From the NCBI GenBank assembly GCA_002726245.1, contig PBSM01000335.1, positions 7,722 to 71,721 of the forward strand: a DNA stretch of 64,000 bases. The letters are read 5' to 3'. Position numbers and translations under genes: made by a program. Numbering within the stretch: the stretch's first letter is position 1; each line of letters opens with the position of its first letter. This document shows positions 30,007 to 40,635 of this stretch, piece after piece. The notes beneath the pieces are model-generated. The model was not told the origin of the DNA, searched no databases, and saw nothing but the letters and a program-made list of their open reading frames with translations. This DNA is from Planctomycetaceae bacterium. GTDB lineage: Bacteria; Planctomycetota; Planctomycetia; Pirellulales; Pirellulaceae.

Positions 30007-30528
30007 GGAATCGTCCTTGATCGAGGTCGCAGAAGTCAAAATGTGCAGACTCGCTGAACGTGATCCTAAGCTACGTGAAACACTCTTGAAAGCGCCTGCC
30101 TCACTGTGGACCAGCGTTTGCCATTAACGGGTCGCAGCGCAAGATGACAGCTTTCGGAAAATCGACCCCCGGAGCTTGCATACCTCTTCGGATCTCGATT
30201 TGCCCCGTTCTCTATCGCGACCGAAGACTTGCTCAGGATACGATCAGGATTGAGTGCAACGTCCCTGCAGTACCTCCAATAGGCTGGTCGCGCGCGAGTA
30301 GCCTGGAAGCGCTTCGCTGGCGTCAGGCAATCGAGCGCCTCCCGCCAAATGTCTCACGGGGCGATTCTCTAGCATCGATTTTCACGTTCCTTGCCCTGAA
30401 TCCTCCTAACACATTTGACAGCATTGACTTTGTGTCTCATGATCGCTCGGTGAACGCTCCCAATAATCGCGGTGTTCCAACGAATTAACTCTTGACTGCA
30501 AAACAACCTAATCGAGCGAGATCACAAG

Positions 30529-31146
30529 ATGACAACGATCTTTCTGACATGCGCTGTCGTTGGTGGAACGATACTCTTGTTCCAGTTTGTTTTGACATTT
30601 GCCGGGTTCGGTGATGGCGGTCTTGATGGTACCGGCGATCTTCCCGATTCCGTCGAGCTCAACGTGGACTTCGACGCCGTGGATGGCGACCTCGATGTCG
30701 GTGATCCACACGGATCTTCCGACTTGTTCGGAGTGCTCTCCTTCCGCACCATCACCGCGGCGCTCACGTTCTTCGGATTCGCTGGCATGGCTGCCCAAAC
30801 TGGCGGGCTAATCGTTCCGGTGCAACTAACGATCGCGATCGCCGCGGGGCTGGGAGCGATGTACTCGGTCTATTACTTGATGCGAAGCATCTACCGGCTT
30901 GGCCAAAGCGGCAACTTGCGGATAACCAACACCATCGGTAAGACCGCCACAGTCTACATCCCAATCGCGGTAGATGGACAGGGCAAGGTCCAAGTCAAGG
31001 TACAGGATCGTCTAGAGGAGTTCGCCGCGGTGAACGCCAGCGATCACGCGCTCGCAACGGGTGCTAAGGTTGTGGTAGTTGGTGTGGTCTCTGGGAACAC
31101 GCTGAGAGTCGAACCTTTCCCCGAACCTGCTCAAGTAGAAGCGTAG
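30529..31146 (+). CDS. NfeD-like membrane protein (YqiJ-type)
   Basis: N-terminal TM helices, an acidic linker and a C-terminal OB-fold (GKTATVYIPIAVDGQGKVQVKVQDRLEEFAAV). Immediately upstream of the flotillin gene. Confidence 0.7.
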   Translation: MTTIFLTCAVVGGTILLFQFVLTFAGFGDGGLDGTGDLPDSVELNVDFDAVDGDLDVGDPHGSSDLFGVLSFRTITAALTFFGFAGMAAQTGGLIVPVQLTIAIAAGLGAMYSVYYLMRSIYRLGQSGNLRITNTIGKTATVYIPIAVDGQGKVQVKVQDRLEEFAAVNASDHALATGAKVVVVGVVSGNTLRVEPFPEPAQVEA

Positions 31147-31193
31147 TACTGTCGCGAGCCGTCTGCTGGACACACATTATCGGAGGTTTCTCA

Positions 31194-32807
31194 ATGTTCC
31201 AATCGACATTACTTGGCCAGTTCGAGCTAAACCACTGGCTCACCTGGGTCGCCGGCGGAACGGTCCTTGCGCTTATCATCGGCGTGATGATGTTGATGGT
31301 CGTAGCGAGGTTCTATAAACGCTGTCCTAGCAACCGCGTCTTGGTCATCTACGGACGCACAGGTAAGGGCAAGGCGTCCAGGACGATCCATGGAGGTGCA
31401 GCTTTCGTTGTGCCACTCCTGCAAGACTACCAGTACCTAAGCCTGGAACCGATTCAAATCGAAGTGCCGCTGCGTGGCGCTTTGTCATCGGAGAATATTC
31501 GTGTCAACGTGCCGAGTGTCTTCACGGTCGCGATCGATACGAAGCCGGAAGTGATGCAAAACGCAGCGATCCGTTTACTCGGCTTGCCAGTCAATGAGAT
31601 TCGCAAGCAAGCCGAAGAAATCATCTTTGGTCAGTTGCGTCAAGTGATCGCGTCGATGGGAATCGAAGAGATTAACCGCGACCGCGACACTTTCCTGAAT
31701 CATATTCAGACTTCGCTGGAACCTGAGTTGAGCAAGATTGGTTTGCAACTGATCAACGTGAACATCACCGACATCACGGACGAGTCGGGCTACATCGACG
31801 CGATCGGCCAGAAAGCAGCTTCGCAGGCCATTCAAGAAGCTCGTGGTGACGTAGCCGACAACGAGAAGATGGGTGAAACTCGCGTCGCTGGTGCTGAACG
31901 TGACAAGTCGATCCAAGTTGCAAACGCTCGACGTGACCAGTCGATTGGTACTCGCGAAGCCGAACGCGACAAGGCCGTTCGCGTAGCTGAGTTGGAAAAG
32001 GAACAGACGATTGGCGAGAAAGAAGCCTCGTTTGAGCGAGAATCTCAAGTCAAAGACGCCGAACGCGAGATGCGTGTCCGTGTGGCAGATGCCGACGCGA
32101 CTGCAATCGAGGGCGAGAACTATGCTCAAGCCAAAGTTGCCGCTTCGCAAGCCGAACTCGCCGTCAAAAGGGCGGAAGCGTATGAGATCGGTGAAGGAAA
32201 GAAGCGCGAAGCCGAAGCGGCTGTCTTGGAAGTTCAGAACCTCGCGATGGCGAAAGCCGCTTTGGCGGAAGCCGAACGCATCGAGGCCGAACAGCGAGCC
32301 CAATTGGAAGCGACCGCCAAGGCTGAGAAGGCGAAGACGATCGTCGATGCCGAAGCCGAAGCCGAACAGGTTCGCATCGGTGCTTTGGCCGAGGCCGACG
32401 CGATCTTCGCGAAGCTGGACGCGGAAGCTCGCGGTCAGTTCGAGATCCTGGCCAAGAAGGGCCAAGGTCTGCAGCAGATTGTCAACGCCTGCGGTGGCTC
32501 GAAGGAAGCCTTCCAGATGTTGATGCTGGAGCATCTCGACAACTTGGCCGAAGCGTCCTCGAAGGCGATCTCGAACATCAAGTTCGACAAGATCGTTGTC
32601 TGGGAGAATGGTGGCAAGAACGGTCGCACGAACACCGCCGACTTCATCAGTGGCATGGCGAAGACCCTGCCACCCATGATGCAAGTCATGAAGGATATTG
32701 GCGGCGTCGAGTTGCCTGAGTCGCTGATCCGGTTCGCGGGTGATGCGGGCGGCGGTGACAAGAACGAAACGAACGGCGAAGCTGTTAGCGAAACGCCAAA
32801 CGTCTGA
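31194..32807 (+). CDS. Flotillin / SPFH (band-7) family protein (YqiK-like) with long coiled-coil region
   Basis: N-terminal TM. SPFH domain (RVLVIYGRTGKG...VPLLQDYQYLSLEPIQIEV). A/E/K/R-rich coiled-coil repeats. Confidence 0.85.
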   Translation: MFQSTLLGQFELNHWLTWVAGGTVLALIIGVMMLMVVARFYKRCPSNRVLVIYGRTGKGKASRTIHGGAAFVVPLLQDYQYLSLEPIQIEVPLRGALSSENIRVNVPSVFTVAIDTKPEVMQNAAIRLLGLPVNEIRKQAEEIIFGQLRQVIASMGIEEINRDRDTFLNHIQTSLEPELSKIGLQLINVNITDITDESGYIDAIGQKAASQAIQEARGDVADNEKMGETRVAGAERDKSIQVANARRDQSIGTREAERDKAVRVAELEKEQTIGEKEASFERESQVKDAEREMRVRVADADATAIEGENYAQAKVAASQAELAVKRAEAYEIGEGKKREAEAAVLEVQNLAMAKAALAEAERIEAEQRAQLEATAKAEKAKTIVDAEAEAEQVRIGALAEADAIFAKLDAEARGQFEILAKKGQGLQQIVNACGGSKEAFQMLMLEHLDNLAEASSKAISNIKFDKIVVWENGGKNGRTNTADFISGMAKTLPPMMQVMKDIGGVELPESLIRFAGDAGGGDKNETNGEAVSETPNV

Positions 32808-33037
32808 TCAAGACGAGTTCTAGTCGAAGAAAAAACCATGCGGCGTTGCTGGTGGAATACACTGGCAACGCCGTTATCTTGCGCCGGCGACGGGTCGGCA
32901 GCAGCACTCCGGTAGTCAATCGTCAGGGCTGCAGTGTAGGGTATGCATCTGTCCTTCCAAACGATGCCAGGACGTGTCTTAGTTGGACAGCGCCACTTTG
33001 AGGCCTGATAACATCTGCAAAGTCCTATAATCAAATC

Positions 33038-33097
33038 GTTTAACTCGTAGCCGTAGGCGAGGCAGCATGGCGGCGTCACCTCGGCTACGGGTTAAAC
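33038..33097 (+). terminator. Stem-loop (imperfect inverted repeat) downstream of the flotillin gene
   Basis: gtttaac...ccgtaggcgagg / cctcggctacgg...gttaaac, a 19-bp stem with 1 mismatch. No U-tract. Confidence 0.25.
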
Positions 33098-33193
33098 GAC
33101 TGATGGAAAGCGGCTTATGCATGCTAGCCTCAATCAAAGCGGCGCTGTCCAACTAGCCAGAGAAATAGTCAACCATCCCCGAAAGAGATCTAC

Positions 33194-35068
33194 TTGGGAC
33201 ACGTCGTCGAGCACATTCACGAGCATCTTTTCTTCTATTACCTTGCATTCGTGCCGCTGCTGGGAATTGCCGCGCAATGGCTGGCGTGGCATTTGCGATT
33301 GCCCTCGATTCTGCTGCTGCTCGGCTTCGGAGTAGCGCTTGGCTCGGTGGTGAACCCAGACGAGTTGCTGGCTGAATTGGCCCACGCTGATTCAGCGGCC
33401 TCCGTCGGTCCGCAGATCCTATTTCCGATCGTATCGCTGTCCGTTGCGGTAATTCTGTTCGAAGGCGGGCTGACGCTGCGCTTCGCGGAATTAAAGGAAG
33501 CTGGCTCGGTCGTGCTACGGCTTGTTACGTTAAGCGCGCTTGTCAGTTGGGTGTTGACCGGCGTTGCAGCATCGCTTTGTTTGGGGTTGGATGCGCGGCT
33601 TGCGGCTTTGATCGGGGCCATTCTCGTGGTGACGGGACCCACGGTCGTCGCGCCGATGCTGCGACAGATCCAGCCTTCGCGAAAGCTTGCTTCCATCGTG
33701 AAGTGGGAAGGAATTGTGATCGACCCGATCGGAGCAGTGCTGGCGGTCCTCGTCTTCGAATTCGTCTTTGCGGAAGGTGGGCAGGCGACCGCCGCTTCGA
33801 CGGCTTTGTTGTTGCTGAAGACCGCGGCGATCGGCGGCGTGTTGGGAGTCGTTACGGCGAGCCTGCTGGTGCAGTGTGTGAAGCGTTACTGGATTCCCGA
33901 CTTCCTGCATGGTGTCGTGTTCCTCACGGTCGCGCTGGGCATCTTTGCACTCTCAAACTTGCTGCAGGAAGAATCGGGATTGGTCACGGTCACGGTGCTG
34001 GGAATCGCTTTAGCCAATCAAAAGAGCATCTCTATTCATCATGTCTTGGAGTTCAAGGAACATCTGCGAGTCTTCCTGATCTCTTGTTTGTTTATCGTGT
34101 TAGGATCGCGAATCGATCCGTTCGACGTTTACCAACTGGGCATCGGAGGCGTGGTGTTTCTGGCCGTGATGATTGTCGCCGTTCGTCCCGCTTCGGTCTT
34201 CCTAGCTTCGATCGGTGGCAAGCTGTCGATTCGAGAGCGGACCTTCCTAGCCTGTCTTGCGCCCCGAGGAATCGTGGCCGCAGCCGTATCGTCGGTCTTT
34301 GCATTGAAGTTGGCGGCATCGGCGGGAGAAACGGCTGGGACCGCACTTGCCGAGCAGGCTACGACGCTGGTGCCGATTACGTTCTTGGTGATTGTCGGTA
34401 CCGTGTTTGTTTACGGTTTCTTCGCCGCTCCGATTGCGAAACGTCTACGTCTCTCGGACCCGAATCCTCAAGGAATCCTCTTCGCCGGCGCGGAGCCGTG
34501 GATTCGTGAGATCGCGCTGCAGATCCAAAGAGAGGGCTTTCAAGTCCTGCTCGTCGATACCAACTATGCCAATGTGGCGGCAGCAAACATGAGCGGGCTG
34601 CCGGCGGAATGCGCCAGCATCCTCTCGGAGCACGTTCGCGACGAGCTTGATTTGGCGGGCATTGGCCGCTTGCTCGCGCTCACACCTAACGACGAAGTCA
34701 ACTCGATGGCGGTCCGCGAGTTTGCCCATCTGTTCGGTCGAGCCAACGTCTATCAACTCACTCCCTGGGACGATCGGTCAGGTCGTCGTACTTCGATCTC
34801 CGAACATTTACGAGGCCGCTTGCTGTTCGCCGAAGACTTGCATCACGACGAGTTGGCTCAGCACGTTGGCTGCGACCGACAGTTGAAAGGGACGAAGTTA
34901 ACCAACGAGTTTACGTACGATGATTTCCGCGAGCGGTATGGCGATTCGGCCATCGTGTTATTCACGATCGACGAAGCGAAGAAACTCTCCGTCCGGACGC
35001 CGGATCAGACCGAGGCACCACAACCCGGCCAAATCGTGCTTGCATTGATCGATTCGGTCGATGAGTAG
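33194..35068 (+). CDS. CPA1-family Na+/H+ antiporter with C-terminal cytoplasmic regulatory domain
   Basis: GTG start. 10-12 TM helices with the exchanger pattern (ILFEGGLTL, VVTGPTVVAPML). About 200-aa soluble C-terminal domain. Confidence 0.8.
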   Translation: MGHVVEHIHEHLFFYYLAFVPLLGIAAQWLAWHLRLPSILLLLGFGVALGSVVNPDELLAELAHADSAASVGPQILFPIVSLSVAVILFEGGLTLRFAELKEAGSVVLRLVTLSALVSWVLTGVAASLCLGLDARLAALIGAILVVTGPTVVAPMLRQIQPSRKLASIVKWEGIVIDPIGAVLAVLVFEFVFAEGGQATAASTALLLLKTAAIGGVLGVVTASLLVQCVKRYWIPDFLHGVVFLTVALGIFALSNLLQEESGLVTVTVLGIALANQKSISIHHVLEFKEHLRVFLISCLFIVLGSRIDPFDVYQLGIGGVVFLAVMIVAVRPASVFLASIGGKLSIRERTFLACLAPRGIVAAAVSSVFALKLAASAGETAGTALAEQATTLVPITFLVIVGTVFVYGFFAAPIAKRLRLSDPNPQGILFAGAEPWIREIALQIQREGFQVLLVDTNYANVAAANMSGLPAECASILSEHVRDELDLAGIGRLLALTPNDEVNSMAVREFAHLFGRANVYQLTPWDDRSGRRTSISEHLRGRLLFAEDLHHDELAQHVGCDRQLKGTKLTNEFTYDDFRERYGDSAIVLFTIDEAKKLSVRTPDQTEAPQPGQIVLALIDSVDE

Positions 35069-35188
35069 AATCGCCGGTGGTGGTGGTTCCAACTGCCGGC
35101 GCGTGAATTGACGGTGTTCGGTAACAAAACTAAGATGAACCGCTCGCTCGGCGTCTCGTGTCTGCCCGATTGATGTCTGAATTGCTCT

Positions 35189-35839
35189 ATGGATCCGCTT
35201 CACCTCTGCATCGTGTTGGCACCTCTGTCGGTGTACTTGCTCTTGCTGGGGGTGATCAATCTCTCTCGCCGCCCGCTGGTTACCAATGGAGCACGTGACG
35301 CAGCGGCACTTGGCGTCGGCATCTCGGGATTGATCGTCGTTGGGCCGATGGAGTTGTTTTTGCCGGAGGCGACAGTCTGGCGTTTGGGTGCCTTGGCTTG
35401 GTTATTGCTGCTTGCCTTTTATGGTATGTGCCTGACGTTACTCGTCTTGCTGATGCGGCCACGGCTGGTGATCTATAACATTCGTACCGATCAGGTCCGT
35501 CCACTTTTGGCTGATTTGGTCAGCCAACTCGATAGCACATCGCGCTGGGCGGGTGAGTGTCTGATCATGCCAGGCCTCGGTGTTCAGCTTCACGTAGAAG
35601 CATCGGCCGCGATGAGAAACACTCAACTCGTCGCCGCGGGACCGCATCAAAGTTACGAAGGGTGGTACAAGCTCGAACGCGCACTGACGGCTGAATTGCG
35701 AGGCATTAAGTGTGCCCGCAATCCGTACGGGTTCAGTCTGGTGTTCTTTGCCGTCTTTATGATTGCCTCGATGACGTTCTGGTTAGTCAACGATGCCGAC
35801 ACGGTCGCTCATTCTCTCCGCGAAATGCTGCGGTTATAG
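35189..35839 (+). CDS. Hypothetical membrane protein
   Basis: 4-5 predicted TM helices. No recognised domain. Confidence 0.45.
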   Translation: MDPLHLCIVLAPLSVYLLLLGVINLSRRPLVTNGARDAAALGVGISGLIVVGPMELFLPEATVWRLGALAWLLLLAFYGMCLTLLVLLMRPRLVIYNIRTDQVRPLLADLVSQLDSTSRWAGECLIMPGLGVQLHVEASAAMRNTQLVAAGPHQSYEGWYKLERALTAELRGIKCARNPYGFSLVFFAVFMIASMTFWLVNDADTVAHSLREMLRL

Positions 35840-35945
35840 GCTTCTGTCGCAAGCAGACCGGCGGCATTGAGCGGATTCGAACCGAATCCCCTATACTGTT
35901 CACGCGGATGCAGGATCTCAGCCTCAAGGATTCGGGAGACGCAAG

Positions 35946-36240
35946 ATGAACCTCAGTGACCAACTCCGTAATCTTCTTGTGATGGCTTCCGCGGACGGCA
36001 ATATGACGGAGCGCGAGATCAGATTCTTGACAGATCGCGCGAAGAATTGGTCGATTCCCGAGGAGGAGTTCGCGGCAGCGATTCGTTACGCGATTTCAAG
36101 CGATGCTCCAGGATTTGCTGCGGATGATGGCGGCCGACGGAGACTTGGCGGATGTCGAAAAGGAACTGTTCGCCAGCGCCTCAGTGAAGATGGGCTTCTC
36201 GAACGACGAATTGAAAGAGATCATCGATTCCGTGCTCTAG
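35946..36240 (+). pseudogene. TerB-like (tellurite-resistance TerB / DjlA-N-like) protein, apparently frameshifted between its two ADG...E repeats
   Basis: Frame 1 gives MASADGNMTEREIRFLTDRAKNWSIPEEEFAAAIRYAIS, then degenerates into an Arg-rich tail. Frame +1 from 36103 gives MLQDLLRMMAADGDLADVEKELFASASVKMGFSNDELKEIIDSVL, ending at 36240. Confidence 0.55.
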
Positions 36241-36293
36241 GCCGGGTATCATGGGACGCAACTGTCAGTAATCTCTCGCCTTGCTGAGTTGCC

Positions 36294-39200
36294 ATGAAAT
36301 CCTCGGTCCACCTAGTTGTTTTCTGCCTGTCGTTTTCTCTTGCTCGGGCCGGCACGCTACATGCCCAGCCGGAAGACGATGAGTTTCAACCCGGCTTGAT
36401 CGGCACTTACTCGGCCGGTGACGAATCGTTCGCGCGGCTTGACCGACAGATCGCGTTTGACTGGAACCAAGAGAAGCCAGATCGTCGCATTGTCAGCTCA
36501 AAGTTCGATGTGCGGTGGGATGGGAACCTCATGTCCCAAGCAAAGGGCGAGTATCGTTTGCACCTTTACCTTGCGGGACGCGCGACAGTCGAGTTGGATG
36601 GCAAAGTCGTCATCGATGCAGACGCCGCCGAGCCAGCGTGGCACCGGTCGGAACCACTAAGGCTCTCGTTCGCCTTCCATCCATTGAAAGTTCGCTACAG
36701 CCGGACATCCGACGCGAGCGTCGTTAAGCTCTTCTGGTCCGGACCACAATTCCAACTCGAACCAGTCGGCAGTCGCTGGCTGTTCCACGATTCGACCGCG
36801 AAGGTTGAAGACACGTTCGAACGCGGGGAACTGCTTGTCCGCGGTCTTCGTTGTGCTGGCTGCCATTCGATTGGCGGGATCGACGAGACCCTGCTCGCCC
36901 CATCGCTCGAGCGAGTTGCCGGCAACTTGCATCGCGAGTGGCTTGTCGCTTGGCTAGCAGACGAGATCAAGGTTCCGGTGGGCACGATGCGCCGCATGCC
37001 TCATTTCGAATTGGGCCATGTGGAGGCGCAGGCACTGGCCGCGTTTCTGATCGATCAGTCCAAGCCAACAGAACGCATCAAAATCGACAAGAAGAAGATC
37101 GACCGGAAAGCGGGGGAAGAGCTCTTGTTGACCCTCGGTTGTCTTGCGTGCCACCAAGTCGGATCGCTCGGCAATGCGGACCTCTTCAGCGGTGGAGACC
37201 TGACCAATATCGCTGCGAAGCGTCCCGCGAACTTCTTCCAACAGTGGCTTAGCAAGCCGGAGACGCTCAATCGCCAGCATCGCATGCCGATCTTCGACCT
37301 GTCCAAAGAGGAGCTTCGCAATCTCTCCGCTCACTTGGCAACGCTCGGCAAAGCGCCGGAGAAGCAAGAGGTCTTAACGAGCAAAGCACAACGAGAACAC
37401 GGGCGGCGATTGTTCGAGCAGCATCGGTGTGCAAGTTGTCATGAGACAGCGGTTGATGTCAGCACGGTGAAGCGAATTGCTCTGCGTGACGCGAAGGATT
37501 GGAGCGAGTCATGTTTGTCGGCTACCGATCGCTCAAGGCAGCGCCCCGTCTTTCGGCTGGCTAAGGAAGATCGAATAGCGATTGAGCAAGCTGTCGCGGT
37601 CCTAGCTTCGATCGGCGAGGATAGCGAACCGCCGAAGCCGACGGGTCGGCAGTTGCTGGCGGAACACAACTGTCTCGCCTGCCATCAACGCGGCGATTCC
37701 ACGGGACTTGCCGAGCGATTACCGCAAGTCGCGGAAGCTCACTCGCAACTGGCGTCGCTGTTACCGGCGATGACACCTCCTCCGTTGATCGGTGTCGGAG
37801 ACAAACTGCACGAAGAGTCGCTTCAGCAGGCGATTCAGCGCAAATCGTTGTATCGCGATTATCTTCGCGTCCGCATGCCAAAGTTCCGTTTGACCGACGA
37901 ACAACTGCGAACGCTCGTCGGGCACTTCATCGAAGCCGATCGCATTCCTGATTCCGAAGAAGAGCCTCAGTTGGCGACAACCGATCCGTTGGTATTGCAT
38001 TCCGTTGGCAAGAGGCTCGTAACAACCAACGGATTCGGATGCACGAGTTGCCATCAGGTTGGCACTGTACAGCCGACGAAAGCCCCGCTAAACGCCCGCG
38101 GGCCGACGCTGTCGATGCTTAGTAAGCGAATTCGCCGTGCGTGGTTCGACCGCTTTGTGAGGAACCCGTTGCGAGTCATCCCGCGGATGGAGATGCCGTC
38201 CCTCCAGGTCGCTGTAAAAGGCGCGTTGAATGATGATCTTGAAACACAACTGACCGCCGTCTGGGACGTGCTCAATACGGAAGGCTTTGAGCCGCCGCTG
38301 CCGGACCCCGTGCGCATCATCCGGCGATCAGGGATTGCCGAACGGAACGAACGAGCCGTTGTTGTCACGGATGTGATTCGCCTCAACAAGGACAAGATCC
38401 TCAAGCCACTGTTGATTGGCTTGCCGAACCGTCAGAATTTCCTGTTCGATCTCGAGCGAGCTGCGTTGGTTCGGTGGTCGCTGGGAGACGTCGCCAATCA
38501 GCAGACCGAAGGCAAGACTTGGTTCTGGGAAGTTGCCGACAACGAACTGGGCTCGGCGACCGATGGGATAACGTTCGCAAGAGGTTCGCCGTTCAGCCCT
38601 ACTCCGAAGGGCCAGTTTCTAACGGAGTTTGACGAACTTTCGCACATCAATGGCGGCATTCGATTCACTTATCGACTGACGGCAGGGACCGAACAAATTC
38701 GAGTGGCGGAATCGTACCGCGCGGTATCAAGCACCGTCAGCAAACGGATTGTCGAGATGTCTCGAATCCCTTCGGGGCTGACCGTTCTCTTGTCGGTGTT
38801 GCAACCCGGCAAGACTAATAATGGGAAGGGCCAGCCGCTCGGCAGAGTCGAACAGAGCGAGCCTGAGGGAACCCGTTTGGGCTCTCAAGTTCAGTTGTCC
38901 AGAGATCGAGACGGAATGGCTCGCGTCGTATTTCGCTACACGGTGGGTGTACCGGTCGATTTGTTTCCGACCGTCGGACCAACTCCGCCTCTACCGTCGC
39001 CGGTAACATTGAACGCTGTTCCCGGCTTCGAAACGGTTCGGCTTCCGCTCCGCGACGAGTTTATGCCGACGGCATTCGCCTGGAAGCCGGACGGAACACT
39101 TATCCTCGCGTCGTTAAAGGGTCGCATCTGGACAATTCGAGACACGGATGACGATGGGTTGGAGGATGAACAACGTGCCATCTCGGACGAGTTGGCTGCG

Positions 39201-40400
39201 CCTTACGGACTCGCGGCTAGCGACAACCACATCGACGTCGTCAACAAGTACGGCTTACTACGTCTGTTCGATGAAGACGGCGATAGTCACGTCGAACGAA
39301 TGACGACGATCGCGTCGGGCTGGGGGCATACGACCGACTATCACGATTGGGCAGTCGGGCTCCCGCAAGATGCCGACGGGAACTACTACATGGCTTTACC
39401 ATGTCAGCAAGACAAACGAAATAAGGTCGCGGCGAATCTGCGAGGTAGCGTGCTCAAGCTCGTCCCGCGCGAACCGACGGAAGATGATCCGCGACTGTTC
39501 GCGATCGAGACGCTAACGGGAGGCCATCGGTTCCCGATGGGCATCGCTCGTAACCGTGCGGGAGAGATGTTCGTCACGGACAACCAAGGCAATTACAACC
39601 CGTTCAACGAACTCAACCACATCGTCCCCGGCAAGCGATTCGGATTCATCAACGTGGTTGATCGCACACCGGATTTCAAACCGCCGCTGACGCCGCCGGC
39701 AATCGACATCCCGCATCCTTGGACGCGCAGCGTGAACGGGATCTGTTTCCTCGAAACGCCAACCGGCGGCGACCAGAAGCGCGACCGAGCATTCGGCCCA
39801 TTCGAAGGCCATTTGATCGGCTGCGAATACGATACGCGACGGCTGATCCGCATGAGTCTGCAGAAGGTGGGCGATACCTACCAGGGAGCTGCCTATGCAT
39901 TTAGTTACGACGCGCCGACCAGTGGCCCGCCTTTCTTGGGACCGTTGGTATGCGCGGTCTCTCCGCAAGGCGATCTGTATGTCGGCGGCATCCGCGATAG
40001 TGGTTGGGGCGGTGCGAACAACATTGGCGAGATCGTGCGTCTGCGTCCCGACTTCGACAGGCTACCTTGCGGGATCAGCGAGGTCCGCGCAACCGCTGAC
40101 GGATTCACGATCGACTTTACATCGCCTATCCACCGCGAAAACGCCAGTAAGCTTGAGAGCTATGCAGTCTCTTCGTACACACGCATTTCAACGCCTGCCT
40201 ACGGTGGAGACGATCACGATCGCAGGCAAGAGAAGTTGAAAGCCGTCACGGTGAGCGAAGATGCTCGCCGCGCGACCATCACGCTTGGCGAGATGAGAGC
40301 AGGATTCGTGTATGAACTGCGTCTGAAGAATCTCGCTCGCGGTAGAGCCGAACTCTTCCCGGCGGAAGCGCACTACACGCTAAGAGTTGTGCCGGAATAG
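36294..40400 (+). CDS. Giant secreted PA14-domain / pentaheme cytochrome c / beta-propeller dehydrogenase-like protein (PVC-type)
   Basis: Signal peptide. PA14-like N-terminus. Five CxxCH sites (CAGCHS, CLACHQ, CASCHE, CLACHQ, CTSCHQ). C-terminal region (DGTLILASLKGRIWTIRDTDDDGLEDEQ ...) resembles the TIGR02604-type dehydrogenase-like domain. Confidence 0.8.
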   Translation: MKSSVHLVVFCLSFSLARAGTLHAQPEDDEFQPGLIGTYSAGDESFARLDRQIAFDWNQEKPDRRIVSSKFDVRWDGNLMSQAKGEYRLHLYLAGRATVELDGKVVIDADAAEPAWHRSEPLRLSFAFHPLKVRYSRTSDASVVKLFWSGPQFQLEPVGSRWLFHDSTAKVEDTFERGELLVRGLRCAGCHSIGGIDETLLAPSLERVAGNLHREWLVAWLADEIKVPVGTMRRMPHFELGHVEAQALAAFLIDQSKPTERIKIDKKKIDRKAGEELLLTLGCLACHQVGSLGNADLFSGGDLTNIAAKRPANFFQQWLSKPETLNRQHRMPIFDLSKEELRNLSAHLATLGKAPEKQEVLTSKAQREHGRRLFEQHRCASCHETAVDVSTVKRIALRDAKDWSESCLSATDRSRQRPVFRLAKEDRIAIEQAVAVLASIGEDSEPPKPTGRQLLAEHNCLACHQRGDSTGLAERLPQVAEAHSQLASLLPAMTPPPLIGVGDKLHEESLQQAIQRKSLYRDYLRVRMPKFRLTDEQLRTLVGHFIEADRIPDSEEEPQLATTDPLVLHSVGKRLVTTNGFGCTSCHQVGTVQPTKAPLNARGPTLSMLSKRIRRAWFDRFVRNPLRVIPRMEMPSLQVAVKGALNDDLETQLTAVWDVLNTEGFEPPLPDPVRIIRRSGIAERNERAVVVTDVIRLNKDKILKPLLIGLPNRQNFLFDLERAALVRWSLGDVANQQTEGKTWFWEVADNELGSATDGITFARGSPFSPTPKGQFLTEFDELSHINGGIRFTYRLTAGTEQIRVAESYRAVSSTVSKRIVEMSRIPSGLTVLLSVLQPGKTNNGKGQPLGRVEQSEPEGTRLGSQVQLSRDRDGMARVVFRYTVGVPVDLFPTVGPTPPLPSPVTLNAVPGFETVRLPLRDEFMPTAFAWKPDGTLILASLKGRIWTIRDTDDDGLEDEQRAISDELAAPYGLAASDNHIDVVNKYGLLRLFDEDGDSHVERMTTIASGWGHTTDYHDWAVGLPQDADGNYYMALPCQQDKRNKVAANLRGSVLKLVPREPTEDDPRLFAIETLTGGHRFPMGIARNRAGEMFVTDNQGNYNPFNELNHIVPGKRFGFINVVDRTPDFKPPLTPPAIDIPHPWTRSVNGICFLETPTGGDQKRDRAFGPFEGHLIGCEYDTRRLIRMSLQKVGDTYQGAAYAFSYDAPTSGPPFLGPLVCAVSPQGDLYVGGIRDSGWGGANNIGEIVRLRPDFDRLPCGISEVRATADGFTIDFTSPIHRENASKLESYAVSSYTRISTPAYGGDDHDRRQEKLKAVTVSEDARRATITLGEMRAGFVYELRLKNLARGRAELFPAEAHYTLRVVPE

Positions 40401-40635
40401 CTCGGAACGACGTTCTGTATCTAAGCTCACGCGTCACCGCGCGACCTGTCGCATCTAACGGGCACAACTACCTTCCGGTGCTAGAACCGACCACCACTTG
40501 CAGGTCGCCGTCTTCCACCGCCTTAGTTAAGGATGCTCGACTGTCATCTCGCTAACGCTGAGGCGACTGGATCCCTGTTTCCGCTGAACCAAGGCAAAAC
40601 ATGCTCACAGTCGGTACCGCCTAGATCCGACTTGT

